Source of the DNA: Candidatus Daviesbacteria bacterium
GTDB lineage: Bacteria > Patescibacteriota > Microgenomatia > Daviesbacterales > UBA10151
Assembly: GCA_030699125.1 (NCBI GenBank)
Contig: JAUYKM010000009.1
Coordinates: 204,958 to 268,957, forward strand
Reading direction: 5' to 3'
Length of the DNA: 64,000 nt
Positions 29,245 through 39,262 of the stretch are shown here, piece after piece (position 1 is the stretch's first letter; each line of letters begins with the position of its first letter). A program made the translations under genes and the position numbers. The notes under the pieces were generated by a model that made no database searches, was not told where the DNA came from, and was given only the letters and a program-made list of their open reading frames with translations.

Positions 29245-29405
29245 TTATAACCTTTATACTTTTTCAAATAGGATTAATAATGGTATTTTTGGTAATTACT
29301 GGTAATCATCCGGGTTTCGCTCAATATCTGGTTAAAATTACCTTCTTTATACTAGTTATCGCTATTATTTTTTATAATTCGAAATTATTCAATGCAAAAA
29401 AATAA
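29241..29405 (+). CDS. Possible 54-aa two-TM micro-protein (not in ORF track)
   Basis: ATG at 29241 overlaps the upstream stop (ATGA), and the stop at 29403-29405 overlaps the start of the next gene. It is entirely hydrophobic. Support is weak. Confidence 0.25.
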   Translation: MIITFILFQIGLIMVFLVITGNHPGFAQYLVKITFFILVIAIIFYNSKLFNAKK

Positions 29406-32061
29406 TTTTTTTTTGATTCTCATAGTTTCTTTTTTAATTTTTTCATTTTGGATGTTTTGGCTACCTGGCTTAAGAGTGGCTACAGATTACCATCAAGCAG
29501 ATCAAAAAGTTATATTGAATATTTCGTTTCCTTGGGTTTGGAGAGAAGTTGGTGTGGCCGATGGTTTGGGAGAATATACAGGTAGCTCTTTATGGTTTCA
29601 ACCATTCCTTTCCCTTTCAGGCCTTTTAACATTAATTTCTATTCCATTTTGGTTACAAACTAAATTATGGGTTTTCTTGATACTGATATTGGGGTTCGTC
29701 TCCCTGAATAAACTTTTAAAATATCTAAGGATTAATTTTTTTGCAAGATATGTTGGGATATTTTTTTATCTTTCTAATTCTTTTTTTCTACTGCTTATTG
29801 ATGGAGGACAATTATCTTTAGCCTTAACTTATGGAGTTTTTCCACTAAACATTTATTTTTTTCTAAAAAACATTGATCAATCAAATTTTAAGAATAAATT
29901 ATATTTATCTGTTTCAATCTTGGTAGTTTCAATTTTAGATATCAGATTTGTTTATCTTTTAATTATTATTTTCTTAATACAATTTTTGATACTTCTATTT
30001 ACAGGCAATTGTCTTAAACTTTTAAAAGAATCTTTTTTTTATGCTTTATTAACATTAATTATTCTTTTGGGTTTTCATTCTTATTGGCTATTGCCAACTG
30101 CATTAAAACCTCCTCAATTACCACAAACATACGGAAGAGCTTCTCAAGTTGATTTTTTAAGTTTTTCTACTCTGGGTCATTCATTATTTCTTGAACAGCC
30201 GCACTGGTATAAAAATGTCTTTGGTCAAATTGAAAATATCAGAGGTGAGTTTGTATTGATACCCATGTTAGTTTTTTTGGCTCCAATCCTAAGGAGAAGG
30301 GACAAAGCAGTTGGTTTTTGGCTGATTGTTGCTATATTGGGAATTTTTTTAAGTAAAGGTTCACAGGAACCATTGGGAAAAGTCTATTCCTGGTTATTTA
30401 GCAATATTCCCGGCTTTTCATTTTTTAGGGATCCGGTTAAATTCTATTTTTTAACTAGCTTGTCGTACAGTATATTACTGGGTATTACGGTTCAAGAGAT
30501 AAATAACTTGAAATTAAAAAAAAATCTTATAGATAGATCTTTAAAATTCCTTCCTTTCTTAATACTCATATATCTTGTCTGGTTGATAAGGCCAGTGTAT
30601 CTCGGTCAGATGACAGGACTTTTTTCCTATCCGATATATGAGAAAGAATTTAGCAATTTAACGGAAAACATAAATGAGGATCAAAACTTCTCCAGAACTT
30701 TTTGGATTCCTACAAAATCACCTCTAGGTATAAGTTCTTTGCTGCATCCATCCGTTGAAGCATCAAGGTTGGTACAAAAAAGACCATTTGCTATTGGTAC
30801 AATTGGCAGTTATGAGACTTTAAACTTTTTGAGGGAAGCTACCTTTATGGGAGAAATTTTTGATGTATCAGGGATAGGCTATATAGTTTATCCTTATCTT
30901 GATCCCAAAAGAGATGATATGCATCCGGACAGTATAAGATATTTTTACACATTTTCTAACCAATTATCAGATTTATCATGGTTAACTAAAGTTGATAAGT
31001 CTCCAATTCCTCTTTGGCAAGCAAAAAAACACCAAGATAGATTTTTTATAACTCCCAATATTTGGTGGGTAATTGGATCAGATGATATTTATAATGAGTC
31101 TACTAAAAGTGCCCAGCTTCAATTATCTAAAAATGCACTGGTTTTCGTTGAAGAAAAAGCCGGCCTGGGCCAGAGAATAGATGAAAATCCGTCAGCAAAA
31201 ATAGTTTTAAACAAGAAGACTCTTGTAGATCTGGCAGCCAGTTTCATAGATGATTCAGAGTTTATTTTTCCAGCAAAGAATTTAGACTTTGACCCAAATG
31301 AGTCAGGATGGTGGAAGAGGGAGGTAGCGGACCTGATTAGGTGGAGGGATTTTTTACAAACAAAGTATGGAATTGATAATTTAGATTTTGATTTAGGTGG
31401 AGGTTGGGCGGTAGGAGAAGGAAGTTTAAAGTTTAAAGTTAAAAGTGAAAAATTTAGTGAAAATAGGATGCTTTTAGCTAGGGTATTGGAGAGTACCAGA
31501 AGTGGGCAGTTAAGATTTTATCAAAATGGTCAATTAATTGGTGAAATAAATACAAAAAAAGAGGGGAATAATATCCGATGGTTTGAGGTGGGGGAGTTGT
31601 CCAGGGATCGTGGTGAATTAAATATTGAGTCATCAGGGGATATTAATGTAGTTAACGCGCTGGCCATTATTGAGAAAAACTTATGGCAAGACGATCAAGA
31701 TAAGGCTAAGCAGTTACAAAAACAAAATCGCATCATGAACTACGATAAGAATAATGTTCAGGATACTAAGACAGAAGTTACCTATCAAAAAATTAACCCT
31801 ACCAAATATAAAGTTACTGTGAGTGGATTAAAAGGCGAAGCTTTTTTAGTATTTTCTCAAAATTATGATGGACTGTGGAAACTGAATGATCAGTTCTCCC
31901 TTCCTATTTATAGCCTACTAAACGGATTTAAGGTAGAAAAGGATGGAGAATATATTGTAAAATTTGAGCCGCAAAAGTGGGTTTATCCGGGATTGATAGT
32001 TTCTTTTATCACGTCGGTATTTTTAATAGTTACATGGGTATTACTACGAAAAAAAGGCTAA
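29392..32061 (+). CDS. Giant polytopic membrane protein, YfhO-like GT-C architecture (paralog 4)
   Basis: 889 aa. An N-terminal multi-TM domain is followed by a C-terminal soluble domain ending DGLWKL...NGFKVEKDGEYIVKFEPQKW and a final TM. Confidence 0.5.
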   Translation: MQKNNFFLILIVSFLIFSFWMFWLPGLRVATDYHQADQKVILNISFPWVWREVGVADGLGEYTGSSLWFQPFLSLSGLLTLISIPFWLQTKLWVFLILILGFVSLNKLLKYLRINFFARYVGIFFYLSNSFFLLLIDGGQLSLALTYGVFPLNIYFFLKNIDQSNFKNKLYLSVSILVVSILDIRFVYLLIIIFLIQFLILLFTGNCLKLLKESFFYALLTLIILLGFHSYWLLPTALKPPQLPQTYGRASQVDFLSFSTLGHSLFLEQPHWYKNVFGQIENIRGEFVLIPMLVFLAPILRRRDKAVGFWLIVAILGIFLSKGSQEPLGKVYSWLFSNIPGFSFFRDPVKFYFLTSLSYSILLGITVQEINNLKLKKNLIDRSLKFLPFLILIYLVWLIRPVYLGQMTGLFSYPIYEKEFSNLTENINEDQNFSRTFWIPTKSPLGISSLLHPSVEASRLVQKRPFAIGTIGSYETLNFLREATFMGEIFDVSGIGYIVYPYLDPKRDDMHPDSIRYFYTFSNQLSDLSWLTKVDKSPIPLWQAKKHQDRFFITPNIWWVIGSDDIYNESTKSAQLQLSKNALVFVEEKAGLGQRIDENPSAKIVLNKKTLVDLAASFIDDSEFIFPAKNLDFDPNESGWWKREVADLIRWRDFLQTKYGIDNLDFDLGGGWAVGEGSLKFKVKSEKFSENRMLLARVLESTRSGQLRFYQNGQLIGEINTKKEGNNIRWFEVGELSRDRGELNIESSGDINVVNALAIIEKNLWQDDQDKAKQLQKQNRIMNYDKNNVQDTKTEVTYQKINPTKYKVTVSGLKGEAFLVFSQNYDGLWKLNDQFSLPIYSLLNGFKVEKDGEYIVKFEPQKWVYPGLIVSFITSVFLIVTWVLLRKKG

Positions 32062-32079
32062 AAAGCATATAATAGCTAT

Positions 32080-33339
32080 ATGCTAAAATCCATACTTTCA
32101 ACTGCCACTTTCCGACAATCCCAAATAACTATTCTTGGAACACTGATAAATGGTGGGCTGGGAGCAGTTTTTTATATACTGCTGGCACGATATTTGGGTC
32201 CCGCGGACTTTGGACTTATTACAATTGCTCTAACTACAATGGTACTATTTTCAGATATTGCAGATATTGGAACCAACACCGGTCTAATCCGCTTTGTCTC
32301 TTCAAATTTAGGGCAAAACAGAGATAAAGCATATCGGTTTTTAAAATTAAGCCTAGAGATAAAACTGTTTGCCTGGGCAATATCTTTTTTAATTATTTTT
32401 TTTCTGGCGCCATTTTTGGCAACTCAACTTTTTCACAAAGCAGAGCTGATTTTGCCCTTAAGACTCACCGCTTTTGGAGTAGGAGGAGCACTTCTTTTTA
32501 CATTTGTTACATCTGCTTTACAAGCATATCAAAAATACTTCCTTTGGAGTATCATAAATATTTTTACCAACTCATTGAGATTAATTCTACTTATTATTTT
32601 AGGTTATTATCTTTTGCTTAATGTTGAAAGCAGTCTAATTGTTTATATTATTTTACCCTTTTTTGGTTTTTTTATCTCACTTTTTATCCTTCCTGCAAGA
32701 AAAATTCTTATAAGTAAAAATGAATTTAGTTTATCCGGAGAACTTTTTAAATATAATATTCCTGTTGCAATATTCACCGTGATTGCTGCCTTTTCGGCAA
32801 GACTGGATACTTATTTAAATGCGATTTTACTTTCCGCCAGAGACGTGGGAATTTATGGAGCAGCGAATAATCTGGTACAAATAATGCCACAACTGATTTC
32901 TGCATTGGGATTGGTTGCCGCACCTAAATTTGCCTCCTTTCAAAACAATACGCAGATGTTAACTTATTTTAAAAAATTCCAATTATTTGTCTTAGGGCTT
33001 TGTCTTTTGGGAATTTTAACTATCCCTCTTTCAACATATCTTATTCCCATACTTTTTGGCGGACAATATCAGGAGGCAGCTTTGCCATTTATATTTCTAT
33101 TTTTGGCAATGCTTATTTTCCTATTTTCTATTCCAGTACATCATAGCGTTATTTTTTATTTTGGCAGACCGGATGTTTTTATCTGGGTTTCAATAGGACA
33201 TCTATTAATAATTGGAGGAGTAGGATATTTTATGATCCAAAATTTTGGTGTCTTGGGCGCATCAATAACTGTACTAGTTGGGACGATCTTTAATTTTCTA
33301 TATCCTTTAATCTGGTTATTAATTAAACTTAAGAAATGA
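32080..33339 (+). CDS. Wzx-like oligosaccharide flippase / polysaccharide biosynthesis protein (MOP superfamily)
   Basis: 419 aa with ~12 TM helices. The N-terminal LGTLINGGLGAVFYILLARYLGPADFGL is typical of PST-family flippases. Confidence 0.65.
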   Translation: MLKSILSTATFRQSQITILGTLINGGLGAVFYILLARYLGPADFGLITIALTTMVLFSDIADIGTNTGLIRFVSSNLGQNRDKAYRFLKLSLEIKLFAWAISFLIIFFLAPFLATQLFHKAELILPLRLTAFGVGGALLFTFVTSALQAYQKYFLWSIINIFTNSLRLILLIILGYYLLLNVESSLIVYIILPFFGFFISLFILPARKILISKNEFSLSGELFKYNIPVAIFTVIAAFSARLDTYLNAILLSARDVGIYGAANNLVQIMPQLISALGLVAAPKFASFQNNTQMLTYFKKFQLFVLGLCLLGILTIPLSTYLIPILFGGQYQEAALPFIFLFLAMLIFLFSIPVHHSVIFYFGRPDVFIWVSIGHLLIIGGVGYFMIQNFGVLGASITVLVGTIFNFLYPLIWLLIKLKK

Positions 33340-34130
33340 AAATTTGGGTAAATACTATTGTTAATAATGAGGAAAACTTTATCTGGTTTGCAGTGATGTC
33401 TGTAGTGGATTATGTTGATAAAATTTTAATTTGGGATACTGGTTCAACTGATAGAACAGTTGAAATTATCAAGGAATTAATAAAGGTTAAGGGTAATAAG
33501 ATTTCATTTAAAGAAGTTGGCGAGGTGGATAAATATAAATTTTCCAAAATGAGACAAGAAATGCTGGAAGAAACTCAAAGTGACTGGATTTTGATTTTGG
33601 ATGGGGATGAAATTTGGTGGGAGGATTCTATAAAAAAATTAATTGATTTTATTAATAAAAATGGGAAGAATTATGAATCAGCAGTTACACCTTTCATAAA
33701 TGCCATAGGGGACATTTATCATTATCAAAGTGAAGAAGCGGGGAAGTATGAATTAATTGGCAAAAAGGGCCATTTAACAATTAGAGCCATGAGAAAAGAT
33801 ATTCCAGGGCTGCATGTTGGAGGTAGTTATGGAATCGAGGGATATTTGGACAAAGAGAATAATCCCATACAAAAAAGGGACCCTAGAAAAATAGCATTTA
33901 TTGATGCACCGTTTCTTCATTTAACCCACCTAAAGAGGAGTAGTATTGATATCCATCATAAATTCAAATATGAATTAGGACTTAAGTTTCCAAAGAATTT
34001 CCGTTATCCCCAAGTTCTTAAAAAGGATAGACCAGACATTGTTTTATCTCCCTTTAGCAAAAGAAATGTACTGTATGAAGTAATAGGTTTATTAAAATTT
34101 CCCTATTTGAGTTTAAAGAGAAATATTTAA
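33336..34130 (+). CDS. GT2 glycosyltransferase (DxGSxD type)
   Basis: 264 aa with ILIWDTGSTDRT and a DGDE acidic motif. It is a paralog of the 39259 gene. Confidence 0.65.
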   Translation: MKIWVNTIVNNEENFIWFAVMSVVDYVDKILIWDTGSTDRTVEIIKELIKVKGNKISFKEVGEVDKYKFSKMRQEMLEETQSDWILILDGDEIWWEDSIKKLIDFINKNGKNYESAVTPFINAIGDIYHYQSEEAGKYELIGKKGHLTIRAMRKDIPGLHVGGSYGIEGYLDKENNPIQKRDPRKIAFIDAPFLHLTHLKRSSIDIHHKFKYELGLKFPKNFRYPQVLKKDRPDIVLSPFSKRNVLYEVIGLLKFPYLSLKRNI

Positions 34131-34133
34131 AAG

Positions 34134-34790
34134 ATGAATAAAATAAAGAATTTTTATGATCAATTTTGGTCAGAAGATAAAGGGGAATTTGGAAGATATA
34201 TCAGGAATTCTTATCTGCCGCAATTTTTTAAAAAAGGGGAACTGGTTTTGGATGTGGGATGCGGAGATGGGGTGATTGCCGATTATTTACAAAGAAATGT
34301 CAATGTTAAGGTTATAGGTATTGATATTTCAGAAGAAGCCATCAAAAAGGCAAGAAACTTAGGGATTGAGGCGAAAGTTTTAAACAGCGAGGATAAATTT
34401 CCCTTTAAGGACAATACTTTTGACGCTGTTTTCTGGGGAGACAATATTGAACATCTTTTTAACCCTACCTCTTGCGCAAAAGAGATAAAAAGAGTCTTAA
34501 AAAAAGATGGCAGATTGATTTTATCTTGTCCTAATATGGGCTACTGGAGGTACAAAATTAAGTATTTAATTTCAGGGAGTTTAGCAGATACTGAATGGAC
34601 AGGACTCAAACCCTGGGAATGGTCGCATATCCGTTTTTTTAATCTTAAGATTTTGAAGGATTTTTTATTTTCTTGTGATTTTGAAAAAATTACAAAAGTG
34701 CTTGGTGTCAGTGAACGAAGACTGGATAAACCTTTTCTTGCAATTAACCCATCCTTTTTTGGAATGATTCTTATTTTGGAGGTAGTATGA
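34134..34790 (+). CDS. Class I SAM-dependent methyltransferase
   Basis: 218 aa. LDVGCGDGVIADYL is motif I. Confidence 0.7.
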   Translation: MNKIKNFYDQFWSEDKGEFGRYIRNSYLPQFFKKGELVLDVGCGDGVIADYLQRNVNVKVIGIDISEEAIKKARNLGIEAKVLNSEDKFPFKDNTFDAVFWGDNIEHLFNPTSCAKEIKRVLKKDGRLILSCPNMGYWRYKIKYLISGSLADTEWTGLKPWEWSHIRFFNLKILKDFLFSCDFEKITKVLGVSERRLDKPFLAINPSFFGMILILEVV

Positions 34791-35470
34791 GCGCCGGTAC
34801 ACAAACGTTAGAAAGTATGAGTCAGGCGGTTTGGTATAACAGATGGACTCTGGATAAATTTAAGAAATATTTGAAAGGTGATATTCTGGAGGTGGGTTGC
34901 GGTATCGGAAATTTTACAGATAGTCTTAATGAATATGGTGAGATATATGCTATTGATATAGACAATAGTTATATTAATAAGGTTAAGGAACTGGTTTATG
35001 GTAGAGCTGGATTTGGAGATATAGAGACTGGCGAATATTTTTTTAAGGATAAAAAGTTCGATACTATTGTTTGTCTTAATGTATTAGAACATATTCAAAA
35101 GGATGAGGTGGCGGTTAAGAATTTATATAAACTTTTGAAGGATGAGGGTCACTTAATTTTACTTGTTCCGGTGCATCCATTTATGTTTGGGAAAATTGAT
35201 GAATCCATTGGTCATTTCAGAAGATATACCAAAGAGAAAATAATTCAAGAGATAAATGATGCTGGATTTAAAATAATTTTATCGAGGAAATTAAACTTTT
35301 TAGGTGCCATTGGCTGGTGGTTAGCTCAGAAAGTTTTTAAAGAAAAAACCATCAAAGAAAGTAATATTCAAATATTTAATATTCTTGCCCCACTGGTTTT
35401 ACCGCTGGAAGATATCATAGAACCTCCGCTTGGTACATCAATTCTGGTAATTGCTCAAAAAAAATTATGA
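34787..35470 (+). CDS. Class I SAM-dependent methyltransferase
   Basis: 227 aa. LEVGCGIGNFTDSL is motif I. Confidence 0.7.
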   Translation: MSAGTQTLESMSQAVWYNRWTLDKFKKYLKGDILEVGCGIGNFTDSLNEYGEIYAIDIDNSYINKVKELVYGRAGFGDIETGEYFFKDKKFDTIVCLNVLEHIQKDEVAVKNLYKLLKDEGHLILLVPVHPFMFGKIDESIGHFRRYTKEKIIQEINDAGFKIILSRKLNFLGAIGWWLAQKVFKEKTIKESNIQIFNILAPLVLPLEDIIEPPLGTSILVIAQKKL

Positions 35471-36198
35471 TCCTCACCATCATCATCCCAGTCTTTAATG
35501 AGGAAAAAACAATCGAAAGACTTTTAAAAAAGGTTGTGGAGGTTAATTTGCCTAAGGGTATCAAAAAAGAAATTATTGTTATTGATGATGGATCAACCGA
35601 TAAAACTCAAAAAGTTTTATCGGAAATTCGAAATTCCCGCTTCGCGAGGCGAGCGAAATTCGAAATTCGAGTTTTAGGACATGATAAGAATAAAGGAAAG
35701 GGTACAGCAATAAGAACTGGATTAAAGTATGCCGAAGGAGATTACATAATCATTCAGGATGCGGATCTAGAGTATGATCCAAATGATTACAATACTCTTC
35801 TAGAACTAGTCATCTCTAAGAAAGCTCAAGTGGTTTATGGAACAAGACTGATAAATTATCCTTTTAAGATTTTGGGCAAAAACAAAACTGTGATGCCTAT
35901 TCATCTATTGGCCAATAAATTCTTAACAACTTTCACAAATTTATTATATGGAAGTAAACTAACTGATATGGAAACTTGTTATAAACTTATTAAAAGCGAC
36001 ATTTTTAAAAAAATTACATTAAAAGCTAATCGGTTTGATTTTGAACCGGAAGTGACAGCAAAAATATTAAAACTAAAGATTCCAATAGTTGAGGTCTCGA
36101 TTAGTGTTAAGCCAAGGACATACAAAGAAGGTAAAAAAATTGGATGGCTGGATGGATTAGTAGCGATCTGGATTCTATTAAAGCATAAATTTAGTTAA
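35467..36198 (+). CDS. GT2 polyprenyl-phosphate sugar synthase (DPM1/Ppm1/GtrB-like) carrying an in-frame GC-rich mini-insertion
   Basis: 243 aa with IIIPVFNEEKTI, IVIDDGSTDKT, NKGKGTA and IIIQDADLEYDP, the hallmarks of the dolichyl/undecaprenyl-phosphate glycosyltransferase family. Confidence 0.75.
   Translation: MILTIIIPVFNEEKTIERLLKKVVEVNLPKGIKKEIIVIDDGSTDKTQKVLSEIRNSRFARRAKFEIRVLGHDKNKGKGTAIRTGLKYAEGDYIIIQDADLEYDPNDYNTLLELVISKKAQVVYGTRLINYPFKILGKNKTVMPIHLLANKFLTTFTNLLYGSKLTDMETCYKLIKSDIFKKITLKANRFDFEPEVTAKILKLKIPIVEVSISVKPRTYKEGKKIGWLDGLVAIWILLKHKFS
35623..35668. repeat. GC-rich 18-nt core flanked on each side by two GAAATTC heptamers; in-frame insertion within the GT2 gene
   Basis: The sequence reads GAAATTC GAAATTC CCGCTTCGCGAGGCGAGC GAAATTC GAAATTC and encodes ...EIRNSRFARRAKFEIR... 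Removing 33 nt (core plus one heptamer pair) restores a family-typical ...EIRNSVLGHDKNKGKG. Confidence 0.5.
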
Positions 36199-36201
36199 AA
36201 A

Positions 36202-37140
36202 ATGAAAATATTATTCTTAAGTAGATATCAAAATAAAAATAAAAGGGGAGCAGAAAGTTTTGTCACAGAACTATCTAAAAAATTAGCTAAAAATCATCAG
36301 GTTTCTATTTTTTCAGAATCTGATTCAGATTCGTTGTCAAAAATTTTACAAGGAAAGTATGATATGGTAATTCCCATCAATGGTAGGTTGCAGGCATTAA
36401 AAGCATCAGTGGGAAGACTAATGGGAGGATATAAACTTTTGATATCAGGTCATAGCGGCATTGGTCGGGATGATATCTGGAATATTGCAGTGGTTAGGCC
36501 TAATGTCTTTGTGGCCCTGACGGAGTTTCAAAAAGAATGGGCCAAAAAATTTAGCTGGGGAACTAAACTAACAAAAATTACTGATGGGGTAGATATAAAA
36601 AAATTTACGCCGGTGGGGGAAAAAATCGAACTTAATCTTGAACACCCAATTATTTTATCGGTGGGAGCACTGGAATGGTACAAATATCATAAACGGGTTA
36701 TTGAAGCCGTTTCCAAAATAGCGGATGTATCGTTATTGGTGGTGGGGGAGGGGAGTATGAAAAAAGAACTATCTGAATTAGGAGATAAACTTTTGGGAAA
36801 AAGATTTAGAATTAAAAATTTTGACTATCAGGATATGCCAATGGTTTATAGAAGTTGTGATTTATTTACCCTACCTTCTTGGGAGAGAGAAGCTTTTGGA
36901 ATTGTTTATCTTGAGGCCATGGCCTCAGGCTTGGGGGTGGTAGCTTCGGATGATTCACCAAGACATGAAATTGTAGGGGATAGTGGAATATTTGTGGATG
37001 TGACCAATCTTCAAAAATATGCAACAGCAATTGAAGAAGCTCTCAAAATTGACTGGAAATCCAAAGCAAAAAAGCAAGCAGAAAAATTTTCCTGGGATAA
37101 AATTGCCGATCAATATAATCAAATTTTAAAATATTTATGA
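36202..37140 (+). CDS. GT4 (GT-B fold) glycosyltransferase
   Basis: 312 aa with the C-terminal EAFGIVYLEAMASGLGVVASD motif. Confidence 0.75.
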   Translation: MKILFLSRYQNKNKRGAESFVTELSKKLAKNHQVSIFSESDSDSLSKILQGKYDMVIPINGRLQALKASVGRLMGGYKLLISGHSGIGRDDIWNIAVVRPNVFVALTEFQKEWAKKFSWGTKLTKITDGVDIKKFTPVGEKIELNLEHPIILSVGALEWYKYHKRVIEAVSKIADVSLLVVGEGSMKKELSELGDKLLGKRFRIKNFDYQDMPMVYRSCDLFTLPSWEREAFGIVYLEAMASGLGVVASDDSPRHEIVGDSGIFVDVTNLQKYATAIEEALKIDWKSKAKKQAEKFSWDKIADQYNQILKYL

Positions 37141-38504
37141 AAGAATCCTTAGGTGTCTACCTAACACACACCTGGTGTGTACAATTATTTATTGGTGGAT
37201 GTTTATTTGTCTCATCAATATTTTTAATTGGTCAAAATTTGGACAAGCCTTTTTGGGGAGAGCATGACTGGAATGGAGTCCGCTACGGCAATATTGCCAG
37301 AAATTACCTAAGGTATGGATTTTTGGAAACAAAATTTGGCCAGGTGGAAAACAGTGGATATTATACTCACTACCCTCCCCTTCTGCCGATATTAATCTCC
37401 ATAAGTTATAAATTATTTGGGATTTTTGAGTGGTCAACCAGACTGATACCGCTTTTGGCTACCTCAGGTATTGTGGTCATGTTATATTTAATTGGTTCTT
37501 TAGTTTGGAATATTAAAACGGGGATATTGGCATCACTTCTGGCTTTAGCAACACCAACAGCTTTGTACTTTGGAAAAAATCCAGTACATGAACCAGTGGT
37601 GTTATTTTTTATTCTTCTATCTTTTTATGGATATTTTAAAAAATATCCCCCCCTTTTTTTAGTAGGGCTAGTATTAGCAGAGATAACAGCATGGGCAGGA
37701 TATTTCATCTTACCTGCTATAACTATTGCATTGGTTTTAGGAAAGGATTGGTCTAGTGTAAAAAGACTCTTACCATATTGGATTTTATCTATAACATTAT
37801 TCTCTTTCCACTTTGTTCATGTGGCAATTCTGACAGGATCAATTTATGGAGGAGATTTGATTAACTCACTACTCCAACGAAGTGGGGTTTTATCCACAGC
37901 GCAGCCGCAGGAATTTACTTTTTTAGGTTATCTAGATAGATTGAGGATCTGGTTTAGTATCCAGTTTAGCCTAACGCTCACTCTACTTACTCTAGTCTGG
38001 TTATATCTTAATCGGACCGGGGTAAGAACTAAATATTGGCCAATTACTACTTTGGGGCTAGTAGGTCTAATCTATTTGATGGTCTTCTCTAATTCAGTCT
38101 TTATCCATAATTATTTAACCTTTTACTTTTTACCCTTTTTATCACTGGCAGGATCTGCAATGATTCTTCATTTAAGGAAATTTAAAATTTTTAAAAAAAT
38201 AAGTTTAATTTTGCCTGTTTTATTTCTAATTATAGTTTTCCTTGAAAGAAATGGTTATCTTAAGGCGCTCAATGAAAGTAATAGAGACAAATTAGCGGTG
38301 GAAATTGGACAGTCAATTAAGGAACAAACCACAGATGATGATGTTATTTTAATCTCTCCTTTGAAATATTCATATTCTGCAGATAATTTTTTAGAATTTT
38401 ATTCAGATAGAAAACTTATTTATTCGGATGATGTGACTGCCGATTATGACGTTTTAGTTTTAGTAGATCATGAAAGAGGGAAATTTGAGATAATTAGAGA
38501 ATGA
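37137..38504 (+). CDS. GT-C glycosyltransferase, PMT/ArnT-like (GT39/GT83-like) polytopic membrane protein
   Basis: 455 aa with ~10-11 TM helices. The first extracytoplasmic loop carries an acidic motif (FWGEHDWNGVRYGNIARNY). Confidence 0.55.
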   Translation: MKESLGVYLTHTWCVQLFIGGCLFVSSIFLIGQNLDKPFWGEHDWNGVRYGNIARNYLRYGFLETKFGQVENSGYYTHYPPLLPILISISYKLFGIFEWSTRLIPLLATSGIVVMLYLIGSLVWNIKTGILASLLALATPTALYFGKNPVHEPVVLFFILLSFYGYFKKYPPLFLVGLVLAEITAWAGYFILPAITIALVLGKDWSSVKRLLPYWILSITLFSFHFVHVAILTGSIYGGDLINSLLQRSGVLSTAQPQEFTFLGYLDRLRIWFSIQFSLTLTLLTLVWLYLNRTGVRTKYWPITTLGLVGLIYLMVFSNSVFIHNYLTFYFLPFLSLAGSAMILHLRKFKIFKKISLILPVLFLIIVFLERNGYLKALNESNRDKLAVEIGQSIKEQTTDDDVILISPLKYSYSADNFLEFYSDRKLIYSDDVTADYDVLVLVDHERGKFEIIRE

Positions 38505-39262
38505 AACTTGATGTAGGTTCTTTTTATGACGATACGGAAAGATTGAAATACAATCCGGAAGGTTCCTTTAAGAAAAGAGGCTTTCTAAAAAGACTGGTAG
38601 CTTTTGATGACAGATTTGTAACTGTTAAAAAGGAATTAGAAGAATTAATCGGACAAAAATCAACTATTTTGGTAAAGATTTTAGATATTGGGGTAGGTGA
38701 TGGTATATATGAAGCAATTTTGGATGAAAGAATAAGAAAAAAATGTGAAATTTATGGAATTGACATAAGTGAAGGACAACTTAAGAGGGCTAAAAGATTC
38801 TTAAAAGAAGTCAAAGAGGTGGACCTAAATACTGAAAAGATCCCCTATCCCGAAAACTCATTTGATATTGTTATTGCTTCGGAAATTTTGGAACATGTGT
38901 TTTACCCTGAAAAAATTTTGCAGGAAGCAGAACGGGTTCTAAAAAAGGAAGGATATATGTTAATTACTATTCCCAACAGTGCTTGTCTGCAACTTAGAAT
39001 GGCGATTCTCTTAACCGGTCATTCTACCCTATTAAATTATCCGACAAATAGGGAGCATATCAGATTTTTTACCTCTAATGATATTAAAAAGATGATTAGC
39101 TCAAAATTAGAAGTAATTAAAGTGCTAGGCTTAAGTTCTTTTTTGTTGGATAAATGGAATTTCTTTATCAGGATTCCCATACCAAGAATAATACAAATTA
39201 CTGGCAATAGATTTCTTCCCAGTTTGGCTTTAGGTAATATGATAATAATAAAGAAAAAATGA
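38501..39262 (+). CDS. Class I SAM-dependent methyltransferase
   Basis: 253 aa. ILDIGVGDGIYEA is motif I. Confidence 0.7.
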   Translation: MKLDVGSFYDDTERLKYNPEGSFKKRGFLKRLVAFDDRFVTVKKELEELIGQKSTILVKILDIGVGDGIYEAILDERIRKKCEIYGIDISEGQLKRAKRFLKEVKEVDLNTEKIPYPENSFDIVIASEILEHVFYPEKILQEAERVLKKEGYMLITIPNSACLQLRMAILLTGHSTLLNYPTNREHIRFFTSNDIKKMISSKLEVIKVLGLSSFLLDKWNFFIRIPIPRIIQITGNRFLPSLALGNMIIIKKK

